A stretch of DNA of 64,000 nt from Felis catus (taxonomy: Eukaryota). Numbering within the stretch: the first letter of the stretch is position 1; each line of letters begins with the position of its first letter. The position numbers and the translations under genes were made by a program. Where the stretch lies: positions 130,140,001-130,204,000 of the forward strand of contig NC_058368.1 of assembly GCF_018350175.1 (NCBI RefSeq), given 5' to 3'. Of the stretch, positions 48,785 to 62,215 are shown piece after piece. The notes under the pieces were generated by a model that was given only the letters and a program-made list of their open reading frames with translations, did not search any database and was not told the origin of the DNA.

Positions 48785-49000
48785 CTCTTTCTTTCTTTCT
48801 TTCTGTTTATTTATTTTTGAGAGAGAGACAGAGCATTAGTGGGGGAGGAGCAGAGACAGAGGGAGACACAGAATCCGAAGCAGGCTCCAGGTTCTGAGCT
48901 GTCAGCACAGAGCCCGATGCGGGGCTTGAACCCAGGAACTGTGAGATCATGACCTGAGCCGAAGTAGGCTGCCTAACTGACTGAGCCACCCGGCCGCCCC
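48730..49000 (-). mobile_element. Can-SINE with (TTTC)n-expanded tail
   Basis: Canonical body and head. Confidence 0.93.
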
Positions 49001-49862
49001 TAGATTCTGTTATTTCTTGATCATACAGTATGGATAACCTTTGAAATGGTTTCCACCCTTCTCTCTCTTCTCTCTTCAGTTCATCATATCTCTGGAATCA
49101 GATTAGTCTTCCCCAAATAAATAGCCTGTTGAGCTGCCCCATTGCTCTAGAACTTTCGGCAGATCCCTATGTCTTTCCAGATTAAGTATTTACCTGTGTT
49201 CTTATCTTGGGTCGAAGGACTTCTAATCTAACATTTCACACTGTTTTTAGAGTCATATCTCATTACTTTATAATTACTTTAAGTGACATCCAAATGGCTG
49301 GTTTCTGAATATGCCCTGTGTAGTCCCTCATCTGACTAATTTCTAATTTCTCTAATTAATTTCTCTTTCTCCCTCCTTAGTCAAAAGCCTACTGATTGTT
49401 TAAGTCTTTTCTCAACTGCCATCTCCACTGAAGATAAATTGCTTCTTCGGACTTTGTCTTTCGTGAATCAGTACTCTTCAGCTCTTTTGTAGTACCTTTT
49501 TCACTCCACTTTCTGTAAAAATGATTGCCTTACTTTCTCATATACCCACATAAGCAAGCCAGGACTTCTTCATTTATGATAAATTACAAGCACAGCTCCT
49601 AGGACCCAAGAGCTATTTTTATTTTTAATTTTAAATTTATTTTTTAAATTTACATCCAAGTTAATTAGCATATAGTACAACAATGATTTCAGGAGTAGAT
49701 TCCTTAATGCCCTTTACCCATTTAGTCCATTTTCCCCTCCCACAACCCCACCAGTAACCCTCTGTTTGCTCTCCATATTTAAGAGGCTCTTCTGTTTTTG
49801 TCCCCCTCCTTGTTTTTTATTATTTTTGCTTCCCTTCCCTGACGTTCATCTGTTTTGTACCT

Positions 49863-49998
49863 TACAGTCCTCATGTGAGTGAAGTCATATAGTTGTCTTT
49901 CTCTGACTAATTTCGCTTAGCATAAAACCCTCTAGTTCCATCCATATAGTTGTGAATGGCAAAACTTCATTCTTTTTGATTGCTGAGTAATACTCTAT

Positions 49999-50048
<50 letters not shown>

Positions 50049-53000
50049 TATACATACACACACATACCACATCTTCTTTATCCATTCATCCATTGATGGA
50101 CATTTGGGCTCTTTCCATACTTTGGCTATTGTTGATAGTGCTGCTATAAACATTGGGGTGCATGTGCCCCTTCGAAACAGCACACTGGTATCTCTTGGAT
50201 AAATACCTAGTAGTACAATTGCTGGGTCATAGGGTAGTTCTATTTTTAATTTTTTGAGGACCCTCCATACTGTTTTCCAGAGTGGCTGCACCAGTTTGCA
50301 TTCCCACCAGCAGTGAAAAAGAGATCCTCTTTCTCTGCATCCTTGCCAACATCTGTTGCTTTCTGAGTTGTTAATGTTAGTCATTCTGACAGGTGTGAGG
50401 TTGTATCTCCCTGTGGTTTTGATTTGTATTTCCCAGATGATGAGTGATATTGAGCATTTTTCCATGTGTTGGTTGGCCATCTGGTTATCTTCTTTGGAGA
50501 AGTGTCTATTCAGATCTTTTGCTCATTTCTTTACTGGATTATTTGTTTTTTGGGTGTTGAGTTTGATAGGTTCTTTATAGAATTTGGATACTAATCCTTT
50601 ATCTGATATGTCATTTGCAAATATCTTCTCCCATTCTGTTGGTTGTTTTTTACTTTTGCTGATTGTTTCCTTTGCTTTGCAGAAGTGAGGTCTCAATAGT
50701 TCACTTTTGCTTTTGTTTCCCTTTCCTCCAGAGAAATATTGAGTAAGAAATTGCTGTGGCCAAGGTCAAAAAGGTTTTTGCCTGCTTTCTTCTCAAGAAT
50801 TTTGATGGCTTCCTGTCTTAGGTTTAGGTCTTTCATCCATTTTGAGTTTATTTTTGTGTATGGTGTAAGAAAGTGGTCCAGGTTCATTCTTCTGCATGTC
50901 GCTGTCCAGTTTTCCCAGCACCACTTGCTGAAGAGACTGTCTTTATTCCATTGGATGTTCTTTCCTGCTTTGTCAAAGATTAGTTGGACATACATTTGTG
51001 GGTCCATTTCTGGGTTCTCTGTTCTGTTCCATTGATATGAATGTCTGTTCTTGTGCCAGTCCCATACTGTCTTGATGATTACAGCTTTGTAATACAGCTT
51101 GAAGTCCAAAATTGTGATGCCTCCTGCTTTGGTTTTCTTTTTCAAGATTGGTTTGGCTATTCGGGGTCTTTTCTGATTCCATACAAATTTTAGGATTGTT
51201 TATTCTAGCTCTGTGAAGAATGCTGGTGTTATTTTGATAGGTATTGCATTGAATATTAGATTGCTTTGGGTAGTATTGACATTTTAACAATATTTGTTCT
51301 TCCTTTCCAGGAGCATGGAATATTTTTCTATTGTTTTGTTTCCTAGGTATTTTATGGTATTGGGCACAATTGTAAATGTGATCTATTCCTTGATTTCTCT
51401 TTCTGTTGCTTCATTGTTGATATAGGAATGCAACAAACTTCTGTGCATTGATTTTATATCCTGCGACTTTGCTGAATTCATGAATCAGTTCTAGCAGTTT
51501 TTTGGTAGAATATTTTGGGTTTTCCATATAGAGTATCATGTCATCTGCAAAGAGTGAACATTTGACCTCATTCTGGCCGATTTGGATGCTTTTTATTTCT
51601 TTGTGCTCTCTGATTGCTGAGGCTAAGACTTCCAATACTATGTTGAATAACAGTGGCGAGAGTGGACATTCCTGTGTTGTTCCTGACCTTAGGGGAAAGC
51701 TCTCAGTTGGCGACATTAGCATTGGGTCTTTCATATATGGCTTTTAGGATCTCAAGGTATGATCCTGCTATCCCTACTTTCTTAAGGGTTTTTATCAAGA
51801 AAGGGTGCTGTATTTTGTCAAATGCTTTCTCTGCATCTATTGAGAGAATCATGTGGTCCTTGCCCTTTCTTTTATTGATGTGATGAATCACATTGATTGT
51901 TTTGTGGATATTGAACCAGCCCTGCATCCCAGGTATAAATCCCACTTGGTCGTGGTGAATACTTTTTTAATGTATTGTTGGATCCGGTTGGCTAATACCT
52001 TGTTGAGGATTTTTGCATCCATGTTTATCAGGGAAATTGGTCTATAATTCTCCTTTTTAGTGGGGTCTCTGTCTGGTTTTGGAATCAAGGAAATTCTGGC
52101 TTCATAGAAAGAGTTTGGAAGTTTTCCTTCCATTTCCATTTTTTGGAACAGCTTCAAGAGAATAGGTGTTAACTCTTCCTTAAATGTTTGGTAGACTTCC
52201 CCTGGAAAGCCATCTGGCACTGGACTCTTGTTTTTTGGGAGAGTTTTGATTACTAATTTGATTTCCTCACTGGTTATAGGTCTGTTCAAAATTTCTATTT
52301 CTTCCTGTTTCAGTTTTGGTAATATATATGTTTCTAGGAATTTGTCCATTTCTTCCAGATTTCCCATGTTGTTAGCATATAATTGCTCATAATATTCTCT
52401 TATTATTGTTTTTATTTCTGTTGTGTTGGTTGTGATCTCTCCTGTTTCATTCTTGATTTTATTTATTTGGTTCCTTTCCTTTTTCTTTTTCATCAACCTA
52501 GCTAGTGGTTTATCAATTTTGTCAATTCTTTCAAAGAACCAGCTTCTGGTTTCATTCATCTGTTCTACTGTGGGTTTTGTTTTTTGTTTTTTATTTTTTT
52601 GTTTTCTTGTTTTTTGTTTTGTTTTGGTTTTTTTTTTTTTTTTTTTTTTTTTTGGTTTCGATAGCATTGATGTCTGCTCCAATCTTTATTATTTCCTGTC
52701 TTCTGCTGGTTTTGGGTTTTAGTACCTGTTCTTTTTCCAGCTCTTTAAGGTGTAAGGTTAGGTTGTATATCTGAGACCTTTCTTCTTTCTTTAGGAAGGC
52801 CTGGATTGCTATATACTTCCCTCTTATGAGTGCCTTTGCTGCATCCCAGAGGTTTTGGGTTGTGGTGTTACCATTTTCATTGGCTTCCATGTACTTTTTA
52901 ATTTCCTCTTTAGCTTCTTGGTTAGCCCATTCATTTTTTAGTAGGATATTCTTTAGTCTCCAAGTATATGTTATATTTCCAAATTTACTTGTGGTTGATT

Positions 53001-53703
53001 TTGAGTTTCATAGCCTTGTGGTCTGAAAATATGCACAGTATGATCTCGATCTTTTTATACTTATTTAGGGCTGATTTCTGTCCCAGTACATAGTCTATTC
53101 TGGAGGACATTACATGTGCACTGGAGAAGAATGTATATTCCTCTGCTTTAGGATGAAATGTTCTGAATATATCTGTTAAGTCCATCTTGTTCAGTGTGTC
53201 ATTCAAAGCCATTGTTTCCTTGCTGATTTTCTGTTTAGATGATCTGTTCATTAATGTGAGTGGGGTCTTGAAGCTCCTACTATTATGGTATTATTATCAA
53301 TGAATTTCTTTATGTTTGTGATTAATTGATTTATATATTTAGGTGCTTTCACACTTGGAGCATAAGTTTTTACAATTGTTAGGTCTTCTTGATGGATAGA
53401 CCCCTTAATTATGATATAATGCCCTTCTTCATCTCTTGTTACAGTCTTTATTTTAAAGTCTAGATGGTCTGATATAAGTATGGCTGCTCCAGCTTTCTTT
53501 TGTTGACCATTAGCATGATAGATGGTTCCCTATCCCCTTACTTTCAATCTGAAGGTGTCTTTAGGTCTAAAGTGGGTATCTTGTAAACAGCATATAGATT
53601 GATCTTGTTTTCTTATCCATTCTGTTACCCTATGTCTTTTGATTGGAGAATTTAGTCCTCTGACATTTAGAGTGAGTACTTAAAGATAGGAGTTTATTGC
53701 CAT
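49863..53703 (-). pseudogene. L1 ORF2 (endonuclease/reverse transcriptase), disrupted
   Basis: SRIDY..FSDH (EN), [24 protein letters not shown] (RT), [13 protein letters not shown] (C domain) spread over several frames; TAA at codon 8; 3' end approximate. Confidence 0.92.
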
Positions 53704-53802
53704 TATGATGCTTGTAGAGTTGGAGTTTCTCGTGGTGTTCTTTGGTCCTTTCTAGTCTTTGTTGCTTTTGTTCTTTTTTTTTTTTTTTCATTTTTTCTCT
53801 CC

Positions 53803-54682
53803 TCAGAGTGTCCCCCTTAAAATTTCTTGCAGGGCTGATATAGCGGTCACAAACTCCTTTAATTTTTGTTTTTCTGGGAAACTTTTAATCTCTCCTTCTA
53901 TTTTGAATGACAGCCTTGCTGGATAAAGGATTGTTGGCTGCATATTTTTCTGATTCAGCACACTAAATATATCCCGCCACTTCTTTCTGGCCTGCGAGGT
54001 TTCTGTGGATAGGTCTGCTGCAAACCTGATCTGTCTTCCCTTGTAGGTTAGGGACTTTTTTTCCCCGTGCTGCTTTCATGATTGTCTCCTTGCCTGAGTA
54101 TTTTGTGAATTGCCAATGATATGCCTTGTTGATGGTCGGTTTTTGTTGAATCTAATGGGAGTCCTCTGTGCTTCCTGGATTTTGATGTCTGTGTCTTTCC
54201 CCAGGTTAGGAAAATTTTCTGCTATGATTTGCTCATATAACCTTCTACCCCTTTTTCTCTCTCTTCCTCCTCTGAGACTCCTATGATTCTGATATTGCTC
54301 CTTTTTAATGAGTCACTGATTTCTCTAATTCTTAAATGGTGTTCTTTTGCCTTAGTCCCCCTCTCTTTCTTTGCTTCATTATTCTCCATTAGTTCGTCCT
54401 CTATATCGCTGATTTGCTGCTCTGCCTCATCCATGCTGCCATGGCATCCATTTGAGATTGCAGCTCAGTTATAGCATTTTTTTAAATTTCATCCTGACTA
54501 GTTTTTACTTCTTTTATATCCACAGAGAGGGATTTGAATCTATTTTTGACCCTAGCTAGTATTCTTATTATTGTGATTCTAAATTCTGGTTCAACCATCT
54601 TGCTTATGTTTGTGTTGATTAAGCCCCTGGCTATTGTTTCTTTGTGCTTTTTCTTTTGGGTTGAATTCCTTCATTTCACCAT
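53803..54682 (-). pseudogene. L1 ORF1, disrupted
   Basis: ATG at 54682, TGA at codon 4; coiled-coil and RSNIRIIGV motif in ORF 54222-54434; stop at 53803-53805. Confidence 0.88.
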
Positions 54683-55431
54683 TTTGAAGGAAGAAAAGGA
54701 ATTGATAAGGTAAAAAAAATTAAAATTAAAAAATTAAAAACAACACATGCACACATAAGCAAGCAAAAACAGCTCCCTGCCTTCCACGGTTTCTCTCTCC
54801 CCCAGTTCACCTCTCTGTGGCATGTACCTGCTGAGTTCTGTGTTGCATGTTGTGCCAATTGTCGTGTTAATCCTCAAATCAGTTTCCTAGGTGTGCAGCA
54901 TGGCTTAATGGTGATCTGGCTGTATTTCATGGACGCAAGATGCAAAAAAAACTTCCATGCTGTTCTGCCATCTTGGCTCCTCCCCTAAACTGTCTCTAAG
55001 GGCTTTTTTTTTTTTTCAAAAAAGTGTGGGCCTTTTTTAAAAAAATAACCTTAAAAATATATATCAGGGCCCACTGCAGGTGTATCATTCCAGGATGTCC
55101 AAGCTCCATGCCTTCTGTCATGGCTGAATGTGGGACTGATGTGCTGTCCTCTAGGACAGGGACTCTGAATGGGGTTGTCTGGTCTTTTAGGACAGATAGT
55201 TGTTCTATCAGAGGCTGACTGTCAGGGAGCTCATTGACAGTAAGGTCTCCTACCTGGACAGTGCTTGGGCTCTCCCCCTTGGACATCAGGAGCTGCCTGT
55301 AGCAGCTGCCCCAGGGAGATCTGGATATCCTGTTCCGAAAGTTAGATGATATCATCAAAATGAGCAATATGATTCTTCATGATCTGCAAGAGACAGCCTC
55401 CAGGGAAGAGGAACAGGTGCACTAACTGATG

Positions 55432-55592
55432 CTTTTATCTCAGTTTACAGTTGAGGAAACTGAGGCCCAGAGAGAGAGAGAGAGAGAGGAAGTAACTTGC
55501 TCAAGGTCAAGGTGGCTAGCGGCAGAGCCAGGATTTGAAATCAGGCAGCTGGCCTCTGGAGCCAGTGCTCTCAGGTGTTGTACTGAACAGCC
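55432..55592 (-). mobile_element. MIR with (GA)n expansion
   Basis: tttacagttgaggaaactgaggcccagagag..aagtaacttgctcaaggtca..ggcagagccaggatttgaa. Confidence 0.88.
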
Positions 55593-55832
55593 TCCAGGTA
55601 GTAGAGAATCAGATGTAAAGCCTGTGTATCCTGTGCTTGCTGTCCCTTTGAAAATATAGTTTCTTATGAAAACCAACCAAGCAAAAGAAAACAAATACAT
55701 CAGGAAGGAAGAAAGTGAACATAGAAAGTATTTGGTTGTAAAGATGAATGGTAAGCAAAGAAATTCCTAAACATGTGGGTACTCTAAATATTTACTAAAA
55801 AAGTAATAATGATGACTAATTTGGAGTGTTTA

Positions 55833-56052
55833 TTTTTAAATTTTTTTTTCAACGTTTATTTATTTTTGGGACAGAGAGAGACAGAGCATGAACGGGGGAG
55901 GGGCAGAGAGAGAGAGGGAGACAGAATCGGAAACAGGCTCCAGGCTCTGAGCGGTCAGCCCAGAGCCTGACGCGGGGCTCGAACCCACGGACCGTGAGAT
56001 CGTGACCTGGCTGAAGTCGGACGCTTAACCGACTGCGCCCCCCAGGTGCCCC
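55833..56052 (-). mobile_element. Young SINEC_Fc
   Basis: CpGs intact; perfect TSD aatttggagtgttta at 55818-55832 and 56053-56067. Confidence 0.97.
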
Positions 56053-56659
56053 AATTTGGAGTGTTTAAAAGCTAAATTTGGATAAAAATATTAGGCATTC
56101 AAACACATGGAGGATAGATTCTAAGGTTTTTGTATTTTGGAGGAGGAGGGTAGAACTACTGAAGATAATTCAAGTGCTTATGTTAAAAACTTAGGGACAA
56201 CCACTGGAGGCAGAGAAATAAAATGATTGCTTCTAACCAGTGAGTGGAAGAAAAAGGAGTGGACAAAATGTGGTTAGTTTAAAGAAGACACAAAACAAGG
56301 ACAAAAAAGTACCTCCCTCTCCAACTAAAGAATGTTAAATAGAATACATAAAATGTTCAGGGTAACTAAAAACATATTAGTAAATTGATTAAAAATACAT
56401 AATCCCACTGTGTTCATGTTGTATCTATTGCATATCAGAAAACAAAATGTAAAAATTTTGAAAATCTATACAAGGTGAACATTAATGCAAACACTAATGC
56501 AAGGAAAGTTGCAACAGCCAAATTAGTATCATTCAAACCAGTTATCAGGGCAAAAAAAAAAGTATTAATAGGAATAGAAGGTCACTATAATGTTAAAAGG
56601 AACAATTCACTGTGAAGATACAATAATCTTGAGCTTTACAATTTTGTTAATGTTTATAA

Positions 56660-56886
56660 GTTTTTTTATTAAAATTTTGTTTTTAATGTTTATTTGTTTT
56701 TGAGAGAGACAGAAGACAGAATGAGAGTGGGTTGGGGCAGAGAGAGAGAGAGTCACAGAATCTGAAGCAGGTTCCAGGCTCCAAGCTGTCAGCACAGAGC
56801 CTGACGCGGGGCTGGAACTCACATGCTGTGAGATCATGACCTGAGCGAAGTCAGACGCTCAACTGACCGAGCCACCCAGGAGCCCC
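56660..56886 (-). mobile_element. Can-SINE, innermost of a 3-layer nest
   Basis: TSD aagttttttt. Confidence 0.92.
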
Positions 56887-56891
56887 TAAAA

Positions 56892-57110
56892 GTTTTTTTT
56901 TTTTTTTAACATTTATTTATTTTTGAGTGACAGAGAGACACAGAGCACAAGTAGGAGAGGGGCAGAGAGAAAGGGAGACGCAGAATCCAAAGCAGTCTCC
57001 AGGCTCTGACTGTCAGCACAGAGCCCAATGAGGAGTTTGAACACACAAACCACGAGATCATGACCTGAGCTGAGTAGGACACATAACTGACTGAGTCACC
57101 CAGGCACCCC
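56892..57110 (-). mobile_element. Can-SINE, middle layer
   Basis: TSD taatgtttat at 56648-56657 and 57111-57120. Confidence 0.9.
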
Positions 57111-57266
57111 TAATGTTTATTTATTTTTGAGAGAGTGAGAGAGACAGTGTGTGAGTGGGGGAGGGGCAGAGAGAGAGAGAGAGGGGGAAACAGAATCCAA
57201 AGCAGGCTCCAGGCTCTAAGCTGTGAGATCATGACCTGAGCCAAAGTCGATCTGCCCAGGTGCCCC
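57111..57266 (-). mobile_element. Can-SINE, outer layer (internally deleted)
   Basis: TSD aataatcttgagcttt at 56622-56637 and 57267-57282. Confidence 0.88.
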
Positions 57267-57594
57267 AATAATCTTGAGCTTTTAAGTTCTTACAACATAT
57301 TTATAAATTATATAAATTAAAATTGGAAAGTATCAAAAAAATTATAATTCTTTGATAAGCCTCTCATGATAAGTCACCTACACAAGAAAATATGAATTAA
57401 AAAATTGAACACTTTGAACTTATTGGTTAAATTCTGAACCCCCAAATTAGAAAAGATGCCATTAAAAGCCTATATAAAATATTTACAAAAATTGATCATG
57501 TTCTAGGCTATAACACAAGTTTCTACAAATATAGTTCATGTTATTATATAGACTACAGTCTTCGACAAAAGGCAATAAAAAAATCGATAACAGA

Positions 57595-59293
57595 AGAATA
57601 GACAGATAAGTGGAACAGAATTGAGATCCCAGGAATAGCTTCATATAAATACAGTCAACTGATATTTGATAAAGGAACAAAAGCAACACAATGGAGAAAA
57701 TATATTATTTTCAACAAATGGTGCTGGAACCACTGGACATTACATGCAAAAAAAAAAAAAAAAAAAGGAATCTAGACACAGACCTTACCTTCACAAAAAT
57801 TAAATGGACCATAGACCTGAATGTAAAGTGCAAAACTATAAAACTCTTAGAAGATAGCATATGAGAAAGTATAGATGACGTGAATGTGGTGATGAATTTT
57901 TAGATTCAAAATCAAAGGCATGATTAATAAAATAAATCATTGATAAGCTGGACGTCCTTAAAATTAAAACTTTAGTTATTCAAAGGACGTTGTTAAGAGA
58001 ATGAGAACACAAGCTACAGACTGGGAGCAGATACTTGCAAAAGACATACTGGTGAAGGACTATTCATACTGGTGAAATATCCAAAAAATTCTTAAAACTC
58101 CACAATAAAAAGCCAAACAACTGCGTTAAATGATGGACAAAAGACCTGAACAGATACTTCACCAAAGAAGATACATATATCATAAAATAAGCAAATGACA
58201 AGATGTTCTATAGGTCATTAGGGAATTGCAAATTAAAACACCGGTGAGATACTACTAGACATGTATTAGAATGGCCAAAATCCAGAACACTGACAACACC
58301 ATATATTGACAAGGAACAATAGGAAGTCTCAGACATTGTTGATGAGAATGCAGAATGGCACAACAGCTTAGGAAGACAGTTTAGCAATTTCTTACAAGAC
58401 TAAACATACCATAGGGTGCCTGGGTGGCTCAGTCATTTAAGTATCTGACTATTGATTTTGGTTCAGCTCATGATGTCCCAGTTATCAGATTGGGCCTGTG
58501 TCAGGCTCTATGCTGAGCATGGAGTGTGCTTGGGATTCTTAATCTCCCTCTCCCTCTCCCCCGACAATAAATAAATAAACATTTTAACAAAAGAGTAAAC
58601 ATACCTTTACCTTATAATTCAGCATCCGTATTCCTTCGTATTTACTTGAGGGAGTTGGAAACTATGTCCACACAAAAACCTGCTCAGAGATGTTCACTGA
58701 AGCTCTATTTATATTGCCAAAGCTTGAAAGCAGCTAATTTACTAGGCGAAATGGACAAACTGTGGTACATCCAGATGATGGAATATTATTCAGCAGTAAA
58801 AACAAATGAGCCACCATGCTATGAAAAGACATGGAGTAACTTTAAATGCATATGACTATGTGGAAGAGTCCAATTTGAAAAGGCTATATACTATATGATC
58901 TCTATTCCATGATATTCTAGAAAAGCCAAAACTATGTAGACAGTTAAAAGATCAGTGGGTTGCCATAGTTTGGGGCAGGTAGGGAGGAAAGAATAGGCAG
59001 AGCACAGAGGATTTTTAGGGAAGTGAATCTGTTCTGTATGATACTATAATGGTAGATACATGTCAAAATCCATAGTATAGACACTAAGAGTTAACCCTAA
59101 TGTAAACGATGGACTTTGGGCGATGATGTGTTGATGTAGGTTCACTGACTGTAACAAATGTACCACTCTGGTGGGGGACAGTGTGGAAGGCTGTTAGTGT
59201 GGGGGGATCAAGGTACATGGAAAGTCTCTGTACTTCCTGTTCAACCTTGCTGTAAACCTAAAACTGCTATAAAAGCTAAAGACATTTAAAAAC
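57595..59293 (+). mobile_element. L1MC1-like 3' portion
   Basis: ttcaacaaatggtgctggaac; aaccctaatgtaaacgatggactttggg, tgtaacaaatgtaccactctggtgggg, aacctaaaactgct; flanked by gataacag. Confidence 0.8.
58414..58592 (+). mobile_element. Can-SINE inside L1MC
   Basis: TSD taaacatacc. Confidence 0.9.
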
Positions 59294-59977
59294 AAACTGA
59301 TAACAGGGACTTAAAGAAATTCCACTCTATATATTTGGAAAATAATTATGAATTTAAATTGTTTATAAAAATAAAACATGAAACTACAATTTAAAGATTA
59401 ATGTTACATTATTTTAAATATCATATATAATATTGAGAGAAAACACCAGAAATATTGCCAAGGCTGAGAAGCAGGTATAATATGGTACAAGAAAGAAAGA
59501 AGGAAAAGTATTCTAGAATCTGTATCTTCGATCAAAAATCATTTCATACTTGATTGAAATGATTAGAAAAAACAGATTTGAGTTTTTGAAAAACTGGAAG
59601 AAATTGGCTTTAAATAGAATCAATTAGTACTATAAAAATGTAAACTTACCCTAAATCAATCTACAAACACTGCAATGCCAAATTATCAACAGACTTTTTC
59701 TGAAACTTGACAAGCTGGCTGATGATTATCTGAAAGAAACTACTTGTGAGATGAAAAGGAAATTCTAAAACAGGAAATATTAACAAGACTTAAATTAGCA
59801 AATATTAAAATGTGTCATGATAATGCAATTCTGCAGTACTCAGAAGGCAAATCCAAAAATATATGGAAATCTATATGATGAAGATGGCATTTCAAACCTT
59901 TGAAGTAATGATGGATCATTTAGAAACAAAAAGAGCGCTGAAAAAATTGTATAGTTACTTAGAAAATAATGAAGTCC

Positions 59978-60198
59978 GTGGCGCCTGAGTGGCTCAGTCG
60001 GTTGAGCGGCCGACTTCGGCTCAGGTCATGATTTCGCGGTTCGTGAGTTCAAGCCCACCTCGGGCTCTGTGCTGACAGCTCGGTGCCTGGAGCCTACTTC
60101 GGATTCTGTGCCTCCCTCTCTCTCTGCCCCAACCCCCCTCACATTCTGTGTCTGTCTTTCAAAATAAATAAACGTTAAAGAAAAATTAAAAAGAAAAA
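59978..60198 (+). mobile_element. Can-SINE (fairly young)
   Basis: Perfect 17-bp TSD agaaaataatgaagtcc at 59961-59977 and 60199-60215. Confidence 0.96.
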
Positions 60199-60493
60199 AG
60201 AAAATAATGAAGTCCAATAAATTCTAGATAGACCACAGAGTTAGATGTATGCATACAAGCAAACAACAAACAAAAATCCTCTCCAACCAAACAAGCAACT
60301 ATAAAAGCAATAGAAAGAAGCCTGGATGTCTTTGTATTTTTAAATCATATTTGGGTGGATAAGTCTTCCTAATTATGAATTGACATGAAACCCAAGACCC
60401 ATAAAGGAAATTTGGATAAGTATGGGCAATAATAAGACTTATCAATACTTATGAAGAATTTTCTAGGTGCTAGGCACTGTTAGGGGTTCTTTA

Positions 60494-60719
60494 TTTTTTT
60501 TTTTTAATTTTTTTTAAACGTTTATTTATTTTTGGGACAGAGAGAGACAGAGCATGAACAGGGGAGGGGCAGAGAGAGAGGGAGACACAGAATCTGAAAC
60601 AGGCTCCAGGCTCTGAGTGGTCAGCACAGTGCCGGACGCGGGGCTCGAACTCACGGACTGTGAGATCATGATCTGAGCCGAAGTCAGAAGCTTAACCAAC
60701 CGAGCCACCCAGGCAACTC
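60494..60719 (-). mobile_element. Can-SINE
   Basis: TSD aggggttcttta at 60482-60493 and 60721-60732. Confidence 0.95.
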
Positions 60720-62215
60720 AAGGGGTTCTTTAAATGTTCTTTTACTCATGAAATTGTGGACCCAATTTGATTTTAGACCCCAGATTCACTCTAAGTCAAT
60801 ATATATATTACACAATACCACCTCACAAAACACAAAAAATGCACACAGAAAAATTCATATAAAATCAAAAGAAAAATGACAATATTGTTAACAACACTTA
60901 CAATCAAAAGCCAGTATGCCTTTCATATGATAAACAGTTAGTAATTAATAAGAAAAAGAACCCACAATAGACAAAGGGGTAAATTTCATGAAAAGATAAT
61001 TCATAAATCAGGAACACAAATGTTTAATAAATGTATGAAAAGATCCTCATTCCCACTAAAAAAGGAATATAAATTAAATAACTAGATAGCTTTTCAATAA
61101 TCATGTTATTAAGGATCATTGGTAATATGTTTGTGTCAAAAGTATGGAGAAGCAAAGCAGTTCTTCTTTTATACGTTATTAGCCGGTGGCAACTTCAAAA
61201 CTGCCATTTTAAAGTGGCAGTTTACCTATATCTTAAAATTGAACTTTTAAAAAAGCAATTCCATATCTGAGAATCTATAGAAATATCCCCACATATATGC
61301 CAAAGTGTGTGTGTTTTCAGTATATGATACATAGATATATGATTATGCATTATAATAATGTTTATAATTGCAAGAAGCTTGAAGCCATCCAAACTTTCAT
61401 CAGTAGAAAATTAACTACTAAATTCAAAATAAACCAAAGAATACATAGTGATGATGTTCAGAGGGGGCACTAGAGGATCATGGGGGAATTCCAGTTTTTT
61501 TCTTCTTGCATGTCTTTGTTTTACTGTTTTGCAATATTAAAGTAGTGCTTTGCAGTAAGAAAAATGAGGTTTTTTAAAAATTATTTTTAGAATAAGACTG
61601 TAAGTATTAAAACACACTTGTAATACAAAATAAACACTCATAGTGGATATAGATACTATATTACAAAGCTTAAACTATGGTGATGGAGGATTACTTGCAG
61701 GAATTCAAGGATAATTTAATATTAGAAAATTTACTTACAGTTTATCAAAAGTCAAAAGAAAGTAGACTTAACCATTTTAGTAGATATGCAAAGATTTTAG
61801 ATTTCAATTCCAATTTTAAGATATCTTAGTAGACATAGTTGGGTATCTCACCAAAGTGATTAAGATGACTGGAAATGAATAGCTAACATCATACGTGATA
61901 GAAACCTCTGGACTAATTCCTCTGAAATTTATGATAAAAGGATATTCCAAGGATATCAAAAGATACCCAGGATTCTCATTTGACAAGATTCTGGACATTT
62001 CAGTAAGGAAATAATATAACCAGGGAAAAGTACAATATTTTTTTCAAATGACATAACTGCCTACTCAGAATAAAATTATGAGGAATAAGGGAGGTGTTTA
62101 GCAGGGTTTTCAGTTACAAAGTAAGTATATAAAATATCTACAGCTTCCCTATGTACAGTGAAAACCAGACAGAAGAAAAGGGAGGTCTCATTTATCTTCA
62201 TAAACAGTTTAATAG

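Larger units (their letters stand above)
49616..54985 (-). mobile_element. Decayed carnivore L1 retaining both ends
   Basis: 5' end GGGGAGGAGCCAAGATGGC (YY1 motif) at 54985; ORF1, ORF2 and 3'UTR/poly-A in order; imperfect TSD aag(a/g)gct(a/t)tttt. Confidence 0.95.
56070..57590 (+). mobile_element. Ancient L1M relic (EN region), interrupted by SINE nest
   Basis: A-rich; aacaattcactgtgaagatacaataatctt, acaaaaattgatcatgttctaggc landmarks. Confidence 0.5.
59300..62200 (+). mobile_element. Fragmented ancient L1M relics
   Basis: A-rich; gaaacttgacaagctg, atggcatttcaaa, gcaggaattcaaggataatttaatattagaaaat landmarks; boundaries uncertain. Confidence 0.45.

Noticed and set aside
49863..54682. L1 ORF1/ORF2 as an active reverse transcriptase system
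   Set aside because: Early stops in both ORFs, frameshifts, deletions, and microsatellite/poly-A expansions at ~50000 and ~52600; an ordinary dead L1
54996..55367. 123-aa minus-strand ORF just upstream of the L1 5' end
   Set aside because: Non-ATG start, no recognisable homology, ends in a poly-A run; expected by chance
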